Assembly: GCA_963783655.1 (NCBI GenBank)
Contig: CAWAOA010000007.1
Span: forward strand, 273,991 to 337,990
Length of the DNA: 64,000 nt
Direction: 5' to 3'
Origin: an uncultured Chloroflexia bacterium
GTDB taxonomy: Bacteria > Chloroflexota > Anaerolineae > CG2-30-64-16
Below the pieces are notes generated by a model that saw nothing but the letters and a program-made list of their open reading frames with translations, did no database searches and had not been told where the DNA came from. A program made the translations under genes and the position numbers. Shown here piece after piece: positions 48,338 through 57,411 of the stretch. Numbering within the stretch: position 1 is the first letter of the stretch; the number at the start of each line of letters is the position of its first letter.

Positions 48338-49285
48338 TCTCGCCTACCTCGTCCTGGCCGGTGCGGCCGCTTTTCCCCGCACGCGGGTGGCTGCGCAAAA
48401 GGGTGTCGCGCAGGTGGGGCTGGCTCACGTGGGTGTAGATTTGGGTGCTCGACAGACTCTCATGCCCGAGCAGCTCCTGCACAGTCCGCAGGTCTGCTCC
48501 GCCGTCCAGCATATGCGTTGCGAAGCTGTGCCGCAGCATATGCGGCGTGACCGTGTGTCCGATGCCGGCAGAGCGGGCGTACGAGCCGAGCCTGCGCGTA
48601 AACATGCTCACCGAGAGGCGCCGCCCAAACCGGTTGAGGAAGAGTGGATCAGAGGCGCGCGGCGCCCGCCGTGCGCCCTCACCCAGCTTAGGGCGACCTT
48701 GCTCCATATAGATCTCCAGCGCCCGCCGTGCCGGGACGCCAATCAGGACGATCCGCTCCTTCGCGCCCTTTCCATCGACGCGGATCTCGCGGCTGTCGAG
48801 GTTTACGGAACCCAGATTGAGCTTCAGGAGCTCGCTCACGCGCACGCCCCCCGCGTACAGCATCTCGATCATCGCCCGGTCGCGCAGGCCCTGCGGAGTC
48901 GCCAGATCTGGCGCCGACATCAGCGCCTCGACCTCCTCACGCTTGAGGGGCGCGGCAGGCGCTGCGGCAATTTCGGCGACGACACCACGCGTGCCGGGTT
49001 GTCGGTCACTGCGCGCTGTAGATGCAGGTAGGAGTAGAAAGCCCGCAGCTCGGACAGGCGCCGGGCTACGCTCGGCTTCACGTATCCGGCAGCGTGCAGC
49101 GCGGCCAGCCATCGCCGCAGCAGGACCGGCGTAACGTCGACCCACGCACGACAGCCCTGCGAATTCGCGAACTCCATAAACTGCCGGATCTCGCGACTAT
49201 AGTTGCTCACGGTGTGAGGAGAGGCGTTACGCTCTGCTACCAGGTACCGGACGTACCGGGCAAGCGACTCCTCCATGTCATTCAT
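48330..49285 (-). pseudogene. Site-specific tyrosine recombinase XerC/XerD family; one frameshift
   Basis: SAM-like N-domain in ORF 48920..49285 (YLVAERNASPHTVSNYSREI). Catalytic domain in ORF 48330..49145 (GVRVSELLKL, HMLRHSFATHML, LLGHESLSSTQIYTHV). Confidence 0.85.
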
Positions 49286-51895
49286 TTCACTGCCTGCCGC
49301 GCCTCCTGAGCTCCAATGTGGATCTTGTTGTCACACCGGATGCACTCGGCTGTGTCGCGCGATGCCACCACCATCAGCCCGCCGCATTTGGCGCACGGCT
49401 CAGGCAGCGGCCGTTTCCAGGACGTGAAGTCACACTTCGGATAATTCGCGCACCCAAAGAAGACGCGCCCGCGTTTCGTTCGCCGCTCGACAATCTGCCC
49501 GCCATCCACGGGGCAGACAGCTCCGGTGCGCTGCACGATCGGGCACGTGAAGCGGCAGGTGGGGTAATTGGAGCAGCCCACGAACTTCCCAAAGCGCCCT
49601 TGCTTTATGACAAGCTCGCCTCCGCATTCGGGGCACTGCTCTCCAATGCGCTCCGGCTCGACCACCACCTTCTCCATCGACGCCTCCGCTGCTTGCAGCT
49701 GCGGGGCGAACGAGTCGTAGAAGCTGCGCAGCACGCGCACCAGCTCCTGCTCCCCATTGGCGATGGCGTCCAGTCGCTCCTCCATGTCGGCGGTGAATGC
49801 GACGTTGAAGATCGGATCGAAATGCTTCACCAGCAGGTCGTTCACGGTGAAACCGAGCTCCGTGGGCAGCAGCTTGCGCTCGAGCGCGCTCGACGTAGCC
49901 GCGGTCCAAAATCGTCGAGATGATGGTGGCATACGTGCTCGGGCGGCCGATGCCGTTCTCCTCCAGCGTCTTCACCAGGGTCGCCTCGGTATAACGGGGC
50001 GGGGGCTGCGTGAAGTGCTGCTCGGGCAGAAGCCGCAGAAGGTCCAGGACTTCGCCTTCCGCGAGGGTTTGTGGCAGCTCACGCTCGGGAGTTGGGGCGA
50101 TGCGCTCGCGCCCGTTCTCCCCTACCGTTTCATCGTCGCGCGCCGGTCCCGGACGCCCGTTGCGCCCGTTCCCATTTCCCGCCGCCGGCTCGATCCCGTC
50201 TGCGCCGGTGGGAGACCAGGTGCCCGAACCTGAATAGACAACGAGAAAGCCAGGAAAACGAATGCTCGAGCCGGTTGCGCGGAAGAGATAGGGACGTTCG
50301 GCGCCCGCCGGCGCGCCCGCATCCACGTCGACCGTCATCGTGTCGTATATCGCCGCTGCCATCTGGCTGGCGACAAAGCGCTGCCAGATCAGCTCGTACA
50401 GCCGGTTTTGCTCTTTGCTCAGGAACCCACGGATCGCCTCGGGACGGCGAAATGCCGACGTGGGCCGGATCGCTTCGTGCGCTTCCTGTGCGTTCTTGGC
50501 GCGGGACTTGAAGACGTTCGGCTCAGCCGGCACGAACTCCGGCCCGTATTGCTCGGAGACCAGCGCGCGCGCTTCGGCTTGCGCTTCCTGCGCAATATTG
50601 ACGCTGTCGGTTCGCATGTACGTGATCAGGCCAACGCTACCTTCATTGCCGACCACGATCCCCTCATACAGGTCCTGGGCAACCCGCATCGTGCGCTGTG
50701 CGGTCATCCCCAAACGCTGGGCGGCATCTTGTTGCAGCGTACTGGTAGTGAAGGGAGGGCTGGGCCGGCGCCGGCGCTCTCCCCGCTTGACGCCCGCCAC
50801 CCGGTACTCGGCGCCGTCCAGCTCACGCACGACCTGCTGCGTATCGTCCCGGTTCTTGAGATCCGCCTCTGCACCCCGGATCTTCACCAGCCGCGCCATG
50901 AACGAGGGGCGCGGTTGCTGTTGGCGGGTGATCCTCTGCGCCAGGTCGGCGTCGATCGACCAGTACTCGACCGGCACGAACGCGAGTATCTCGCGCTCCC
51001 GTTCGACGATGAGGCGCAGGGCCACCGACTGGACGCGCCCGGCGGATAGGCGGCTGCGGACGCGCGCCCACAGCAGGGGGCTCACCTGGTAGCCAACCAG
51101 CCGGTCGAGAATGCGACGCGCCTGTTGCGCGTCCACGAGGCGCATGTCAACCTCGCGGCTGTGCGCGAAGGCGTCTGCGATTGCGGAGCGAGTAATCTCG
51201 TGGAAAACGACCCGGCGTGTGCGGTCGGTTGGGATCTCGGCGGCTTCCAACAGGTGCCAGGCAATCGCCTCGCCTTCCCGATCCGGATCGGTCGCCAGAT
51301 AGATCTCACGCGCCCGTGATGCGGCCTCTTTGATCTGCTTGACCACGTCCTTCTTCTCATTCGGGACGCGGTATGTGGGTGCGAAATCCTGCTCGACATC
51401 CACCGACAAGCGGGAGCGAAGTAAGTCGCGAACGTGGCCGACCGAAGCTCGCACCTCGTACTCACTGCCGAGGAAGCGACCCACCGTGCGCGCCTTCGCC
51501 GGCGATTCGACGATCACCAACCGTCCCGCGCCCTTCCCGCCGCGAGCGCGGGAAGCGGGCGACGCGTCTGCCGATTGCGCTTTCGACCGGCCCTTCGCTG
51601 CGACCGGTCGACGGCCGCTTGCCGGGGCGCTGCGCGCCTTGGCGGCCACCGTGGCCTTCGGCTTTTTCGGGGCTTGCTTACGCACTTTCGGCGGCGCGGC
51701 CTGCACCTCTGGCCTGGGCAACCCGGCGTGCGCCTCGGTGTCTCCGATCTTGTACATGCCGGTTCCGCAAACGCCGCAGCGGCCACGCGTGGCCGGCCGG
51801 CCATTCGCCATGAATACTGGTTCGGCATCCTCGATCGGACGCATCGCCTTGCACTTCACGCACCAGGCGGTCAAGTTGGTATCAGACATCAGCAA
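49282..51895 (-). pseudogene. topA: DNA topoisomerase I with N-terminal zinc-ribbon/Lys-rich extension; one frameshift near 49900-49935
   Basis: Toprim (LVIVESPAKARTV), catalytic-Tyr region (GLITYMRTDS) and more in ORF 49430..51895. C-terminal CxxC zinc ribbons (CPECGGELV..., CAKCGG...) in ORF 49282..49932. Confidence 0.9.
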
Positions 51896-51904
51896 TTATT
51901 CATC

Positions 51905-52972
51905 CTAAAGATATTCGTGACGCCCGTCCTGTGTCAGGCTGTTCACAATCTCGCGCAGATGCTGCGCACGATCACGGCGGCAAACGAGAACGGCGTCCGG
52001 CGTCTCCACGACGACGAGGTCTTCCACGCCGAGAAGAGCGACCAATCTGCCTTCACTTCGAACGAGGCAGCCGTTACTGTCGATTACCAGCGCGCCTCCC
52101 TGCAATGCGTTCCCGTGGTCATCGAGCGGCAGCACGTCGAGCAGCGCCGACCAGGAACCGACGTCGGTCCAGCCGAATTCGACCGGGATAACCATCACGC
52201 CCTCGGCCTGCTCCATGATGCCGTAGTCGATCGAAATGCGCTGGACGTCGCTCCAGACTTCTCGGGTCACCGGCTCCAGCTCGGCAGGCTCGGCGCCAAT
52301 GATCCGCTGCATCCCGCGATGCAGATCCGGCAGACGCGCGGCGAGCTCGGCCATCAACCGGTCGGCGCGCCACACGAACATGCCACTGTTCCAGACGTGC
52401 CTCCCGTCTTCGAGGAAGACGGTGGCCGTCGCCAGGTCTGGCTTCTCCCGAAACCCCCCGGAATGGTACACCTTCAGCCCGTCCTCGATGGTGGACGCCT
52501 GCCCCAGCTCGATGTAGCCGAAACCGGTGGCGGGATGGTCTGGCCGGATGCCAAGCGTGACGATTGATCCGCTGCGCGCCAGATCGCAGGCTACCCGCAC
52601 GGCGAGCCGGAACTGCGCCGTGTCGGCTATGTGGTGATCGGCGGTCAGGATCACCATCACTGCGTCTGGATCGCGCCGCAACAGGTGAGCAGCGGCAAGG
52701 GCGGCGGCGGGCGCCGAATCGCGGCCCTCGGGCTCGATGATGAAGCTCTCAAACGGCAGCTCTGGCGTTTGAGGTCGCAACACGTCTGCCAGCGGCGCGC
52801 TGGTGACGACCAGAATCCGGTCCGGCGTGAAATCCGGCGCCAGCCGGTCAACCGCATGCTGGAACATCGTGCGGTCGCCGATTAGCCGGAGGGCCTGCTT
52901 GGGATTGGCCTTCCGGCTCAACGGCCACAGCCTGGTTCCCGATCCACCTGCCATGATCACGGCGTACTGCAT
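51905..52972 (-). CDS. Mannose-1-phosphate guanylyltransferase (NTP-transferase family)
   Basis: Starts MQYAVIMAGGSGTRLWPLSR (nucleotidyl-transferase G-loop). 355 aa, intact. Confidence 0.85.
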   Translation of the reverse strand: MQYAVIMAGGSGTRLWPLSRKANPKQALRLIGDRTMFQHAVDRLAPDFTPDRILVVTSAPLADVLRPQTPELPFESFIIEPEGRDSAPAAALAAAHLLRRDPDAVMVILTADHHIADTAQFRLAVRVACDLARSGSIVTLGIRPDHPATGFGYIELGQASTIEDGLKVYHSGGFREKPDLATATVFLEDGRHVWNSGMFVWRADRLMAELAARLPDLHRGMQRIIGAEPAELEPVTREVWSDVQRISIDYGIMEQAEGVMVIPVEFGWTDVGSWSALLDVLPLDDHGNALQGGALVIDSNGCLVRSEGRLVALLGVEDLVVVETPDAVLVCRRDRAQHLREIVNSLTQDGRHEYL

Positions 52973-52985
52973 GCTGTTCTCCCCT

Positions 52986-54065
52986 TCAAATCCGCACAAA
53001 CTGCATATTGCCCACCTGGCGCACCAGACCCTTCAACTCGAGGAGCGTCAGGGTGCTGGTGACGACGGCGATCGGCAGGCCGGTTGTCCGGCTGACATCG
53101 TCGACGTGCTGCGGATCGGATGATAAGCACGCCAGCAGCTGCGCTTCGGTGCCGGTCACCGGCAGCGCCTGGCGGGCCTCAACGTGCTGGATTAGCTGCC
53201 CAATCCCGAGCGCCTGGAGGATATCCAGCCCGGTCAGCGCGGGCTGAGCGCCCTGCCGGATCAGGCTGTTCGTCCCCTGGCTGCTGCGAGTGAAGATGCT
53301 GCCGGGGACCGCAAAGACGTCTCGGCCCTGTTCGGCTGCATAACGGGCCGTGATGAGGGCGCCGCTGCGTTCTCCCGCCTCTACGACGACAACGCCCCTG
53401 CTCAACCCGCTCACAATCCGGTTGCGGGGCGGGAAGTTGCTGGCGTCGGGTTTGGTGCCCAACGCGTACTCGCTGATGACCGCACCGTGGTCGACGATCT
53501 CCTGCGCCAGCCGGCGATGCTCCCACGGATAGATAACGTCCACTCCCGAGCCAAGCACCGCCAGAGTCCGACCGCCGGCCTCGAGCGCTGCCCGATGGAC
53601 CTCTGCGTCGATGCCGAGCGCCAACCCGCTGACAATCGTGACGCCGGCCGCCACCAAATCGCCGGTCAGTTGGCGTGCCGCCTGCCGGCCATACACGCTC
53701 GCCGAGCGGGTGCCGACGAGGGCAACGGCGAAGTCATCTTGAGGAAGCAGCGAGCCGCGTACATAGAGTACAGGAGGAGGATCGGGGATCGCCATCAACC
53801 GCTCGGGATAGCGGGGATCGTCCCACGTAAGCACCTGGATGCCGGCCGCCCGGATCCGCTGCAACTCCTGCTCCAGGTCTAGCTCTTTGCGCGCCTGCAA
53901 CAGATTCGCGAGAGATCGCCGGTCCAGCCCCATCTCCTGCAACCGTTGGCCGGGAACGGTCCAGGCTGCCTCAATGCTGCCGAAGGCGTCCAGAAGCGTC
54001 CGGAGGCGGGCTGGACCGATGCCCCGCACCCGGTTGAAGCCGATCCAATACGCGAGCGGGTCCAC
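52986..54065 (-). CDS. dprA: DNA-processing protein DprA
   Basis: GIGPARLRTLL (SAM-like), Rossmann-like core (VALVGTRSAS.YG...SGLALGIDAEVH..., VVVEAGERSGALITA) and a C-terminal winged helix. Confidence 0.9.
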   Translation of the reverse strand: MDPLAYWIGFNRVRGIGPARLRTLLDAFGSIEAAWTVPGQRLQEMGLDRRSLANLLQARKELDLEQELQRIRAAGIQVLTWDDPRYPERLMAIPDPPPVLYVRGSLLPQDDFAVALVGTRSASVYGRQAARQLTGDLVAAGVTIVSGLALGIDAEVHRAALEAGGRTLAVLGSGVDVIYPWEHRRLAQEIVDHGAVISEYALGTKPDASNFPPRNRIVSGLSRGVVVVEAGERSGALITARYAAEQGRDVFAVPGSIFTRSSQGTNSLIRQGAQPALTGLDILQALGIGQLIQHVEARQALPVTGTEAQLLACLSSDPQHVDDVSRTTGLPIAVVTSTLTLLELKGLVRQVGNMQFVRI

Positions 54066-54167
54066 GCACTCTCTCCAGACACGAAAAATGAGGCCAAGAC
54101 ACTATCGCTGTGCCGGGCGGCAGCATAATTCAGGCTGAGAACCTTTGTCAAGGAATCGCGGCGGCGT

Positions 54168-54705
54168 CTAGCCTGCCGCGTCCAGCAGACCATCCGGCAA
54201 CGCCACGACGACGCGGCCGGATTCAAGGTCAACTCGCAGGATAACATCGCGCAGCGCAGGGATCAGAAGATCCGGCCCGGCGGGACGCTTCACGACGTAT
54301 ACATCATTGGCCGCCGTCGCGAAGACCTCCACCAACTCGCCCAGAACCTCTCCATCGACGGTCTCCACCGAGAGCCCGAACAGGTCGTGGGTGTAATTCT
54401 CGTGCTCGCCGACCTGTCTGGCCTCCGCCTCCGGGATCACGACGTAGGCGTCGCGCAGCAGCTCCGCAGCATTGCGGTCGGTTGTCGCGTTGAACCGCAC
54501 GAGCATGGAGCTCTGGTGCGAGCCGCGCCGTGGCGATCGTTACCTCGCGCAGATCGGCGCCCTGCGCCAGGTACATCCGTTCACCCCGCGGAAGCGCTCC
54601 GGATAGTCGGTCAGCAGCTCGACCTTCACTTCGCCTCGGATGCCGTGTGGCGCAACCACAGCGTCCAACCGCCACATATTCCCGTTCCCAAAACTGAGTG
54701 TTCAC
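54168..54705 (-). pseudogene. rimM: 16S rRNA processing protein RimM; at least 3 frameshifts
   Basis: N-terminus (EYVAVGR...) in ORF 54304..54705. VAPHGIRGEVKVELLTDYPERF is readable in a third frame. PRC-barrel C-terminus (HDLFGLSVETVDGEVLGELVEV...NDVYVV) in ORF 54168..54506. Confidence 0.8.
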
Positions 54706-54783
54706 CCGGAACTCCTGTTGCTTAAGAGACAGCGGAGACGCCTCACGACGTCTCCGCTGCGATGTACCGATATGAGAGGGTCT

Positions 54784-55014
54784 CTACACGATCTCCAGCA
54801 CCACCCGGCGATCATCCCGGGTGGCTACTCGCAGTAGTGTGCGAATGGCGTTGGCCACCCGCCCATCCTTGCCGATCACCCGGCCCATGTCTTCGCGGTC
54901 CACGTGCAGCTCCAGCACCGTCACGTTGGCGCCCCGGATTTCCTTCACCGTCACGGCGTCGGGGTTTTCCACAAGCGAACTGGCGATATACTCGACCAGC
55001 TCTTTCTCTTTCAC
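54784..55014 (-). CDS. KH domain RNA-binding protein (YlqC/UPF0109 family)
   Basis: 76 aa, GRVIGKDGRVANAIRTLL motif. It occupies the canonical position between rpsP and rimM. Confidence 0.9.
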   Translation of the reverse strand: MKEKELVEYIASSLVENPDAVTVKEIRGANVTVLELHVDREDMGRVIGKDGRVANAIRTLLRVATRDDRRVVLEIV

Positions 55015-55079
55015 CTGCAGCCTCCCTGCGTCTTGTGCGGCGGCAATTACGCCAGGCCGTCAGGCCGCCGCGGTGAGAC

Positions 55080-55343
55080 TCAGGCGGTTTGAACGGCTGC
55101 CGGCTTTTCGTCCACGCCGGCTGCCTTGAGCAGACGCGCCACTGCCTCGCTGGGCTGGGCGCCCACGCTCAGCCAGTAGCGAGCGCGCTCGACGTCGATC
55201 TGGACCGTCTCAGGTCGGTGCGCGGGTTGAAGAAGCCGATATTCTCGAGATGCGCCCATCCGCGGGGAGCGCTGGTCGGCGACCACCACCCGGTAGCTGG
55301 GCTGCTTCTTGGCGCCCTGACGGCGCAGACGAATCCGTACCAT
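55080..55343 (-). CDS. rpsP: 30S ribosomal protein S16 (ORF open, but about 17 internal codons are out of frame through two compensating indels)
   Basis: MVRIRLRRQGAKKQPSYRVVVADQRSPR...ETVQIDVERARYWLSVGAQPSE. The expected HLENIGFFNPRTD is readable in the +1 frame across about 55205-55265. Confidence 0.9.
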   Translation of the reverse strand: MVRIRLRRQGAKKQPSYRVVVADQRSPRMGASREYRLLQPAHRPETVQIDVERARYWLSVGAQPSEAVARLLKAAGVDEKPAAVQTA

Positions 55344-55450
55344 CTGTACTACTCCTCTACTGTGGGACACTGAGGGTCCCGAATGCTTGTTACCGCCGGT
55401 TCAGGCCGGTCGACGACAAAGCGCCATCGAACGGATGAGCCGGCAGGGTA

Positions 55451-56796
55451 TCAACGAAACATGTCCATCAGATGCCGCGCGGCCGCGCCCGCCGGCCTGA
55501 CCCATCTGCTTCATCATGCGCTGCATCTGCCGGAACTGGTTGAGCAGCTCGTTGACTTCCTGCACGGTGCGTGCCGCTGAGCCGCGGGCGATGCGCCGCT
55601 TGCGGCTGCCGTTGATCATGCTTCGGGTCGCGCCGCTCCTGCGCGCGTCATCGAGCTGATGATCGCCTCGATCTTGCGCGAACTGCTTGTCGGTCACGTC
55701 GGGCGCGATGTCCTTCGTCAGCTTGTCCATGCCGGGGATCATCTCCAGGATCTGCGCCAGCGGGCCCATCTTCTTGATCTGCTGCAGCTGCTTCAGGAAG
55801 TCCTCCAGGTTGAACTCGCCCTTGACCAGCTTGCGCCCCATGCGCTCGCGCCTCGTCCTGATCGACGGTTTCGCCGGCCTTCTCGATCAGGCTGAGCATG
55901 TCGCCCATGCCCAGGATGCGCGACGCCAGCCGGTCGGGATGGAACGGCTCCAGCGCGTCGAGCTTCTCGCCCACGCCCAGGAACTTGATCGGCACGCCGG
56001 TCACTGCGCGCATCGAGATCGCCGCGCCGCCGCGCGCATCGCCGTCGACCTTGGTCAGGATCAGCCCGGTCAGCCCGACCCGCTCGTGGAAGCCCCGCGG
56101 CGACGTTGACCGCTTCCTGGCCGGTCATCGCGTCGGCCACCAGCAGGATCTCCTGCGGGCTTGGCAATCGCCTTGATCCGCTCCAGCTCGTCCATCATCT
56201 CGTCGTTGATCTGCAGGCGGCCGGCCGTGTCCAGGATGACGACGTCGTAGGCGCCCTCGCGCGCCCGTGCGCGAGCGCATGCGCGACGATCTCCGGCGGC
56301 GGCACGCTGCGTGCCTTCGCTGTGCACCGGGATGTCAAGCTGCTTGCCCAGCACCTCGAGCTGCGTGATGGCCGCCGGCCGGTAGGTGTCGGCGGCGACC
56401 AGCAGCGAGCGCTTGCCGCTCTTGCGCAGCGTCAGCGCCAGCTTGGCGGCCGTCGTGGTCTTGCCGGAGCCCTGCAGGCCCACGAGCATGATCACGTGCG
56501 GCGCGGGTACCGGACAGATCGAGCGGGCCGGCTCGCCGAGCGTCTCGAGCAGCTCCTCGTGGACGATCTTGACGACCTGCTGCGCCGGGGTGAGGCTCTT
56601 CGTCACCTCGGCGCCGATCGCCCGCTCCCTGACGCGCCCGATGAACTCCTTGACGACCTTGAAGTTGACATCGGCTTCCAGCAGCGCCAGCCGCACCTCG
56701 CGCAGCGCCATCGTCCACGTCCTGCTCGGTCAGCTTGCCGTGCGCGGCCAGCCGGTCAAATACGCCATTCAGTTTGGTCTGCAGGTTCTCGAACAT
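55451..56796 (-). pseudogene. ffh: Signal recognition particle protein Ffh; at least 5 frameshifts
   Basis: MFENLQTKLNGVFDRL (56796), N/G domain (LVGLQGSGKTTTAAKLA, DTAGRLQ), [14 protein letters not shown], and M domain ([37 protein letters not shown]), spread over ORFs 56335.., 56070.., 55793.., 55648.. and 55401... The in-frame end RHLMDMFR* is at 55451. Confidence 0.9.
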
Positions 56797-56906
56797 CTCA
56801 GCTTATGCTCCCGGTACGCGTTGCCGGCCTGGTGTCAGTCGCGCATGGGCCGGCTCTAGGCCGGCCCGTGGATGCACGTGCATCACCGCATGCATATTAT
56901 ATCGCA

Positions 56907-56936
56907 TTGTCTTGCCAGTCAAGTCGATGCTATAAT
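56907..56936 (+). promoter_or_regulatory. Candidate sigma-70 promoter (TTGTCT-18-TATAAT) for the CBM48-domain gene
   Basis: gcaTTGTCTtgccagtcaagtcgatgcTATAATcgc, about 45 nt upstream of ATG 56982. Confidence 0.5.
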
Positions 56937-56981
56937 CGCGCAGGTAGTCAGGCCACAACTGGATACACTTCGGGAGCATCC

Positions 56982-57302
56982 ATGATCTACAAGGAGCCTA
57001 CGACTGACGGCAAACACGTCCAGGTTACCTTTGAGCTCCCATCATCTATCTGGGCCGAACGGGTGAACCTCGTCGGCGACTTCAATGATTGGGACAACTT
57101 CCGGCACGAGATGCGCCAATCGCGAAGCGACGGCAACTGGCGGATCACCCTGCTTCTGCCGGCCGGCGCCGAGTTCCAGTTCCGCTATCTCGTTAATGGG
57201 CGCGACTGGCACAACGACTGGCACGCAGACAAGTACGTGTCAAACGAATTTGGAACCGACAATTCGGTCGTCTGCACACACGGCGAATCGGAGCCCGGGT
57301 AA
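56982..57302 (+). CDS. Stand-alone CBM48 / glycoside hydrolase family 13 N-terminal (E-set) domain protein
   Basis: Last 106 codons of ORF 56106..57302: VTFELPSSIWAERVNLVGDFNDWDN...WRITLLLPAGAEFQFRYLVNG..W.ND. Confidence 0.8.
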   Translation: MIYKEPTTDGKHVQVTFELPSSIWAERVNLVGDFNDWDNFRHEMRQSRSDGNWRITLLLPAGAEFQFRYLVNGRDWHNDWHADKYVSNEFGTDNSVVCTHGESEPG

Positions 57303-57411
57303 TCCAACCCTTGTCCCCTTGTGGCGACACGATATCTGATAATCAGCTCGCGTTAACGATGTAGTCTTTATCTGTTCCCGCTTCGATCTCATGGTCACCC
57401 CTGGAGGGAAC

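Noticed and set aside
56106-56981. N-terminal 292 codons of ORF 56106..57302
   Set aside because: They are antisense to ffh. Only the last 106 codons (from ATG 56982, with its own RBS and promoter) look like a real CBM48-domain protein.
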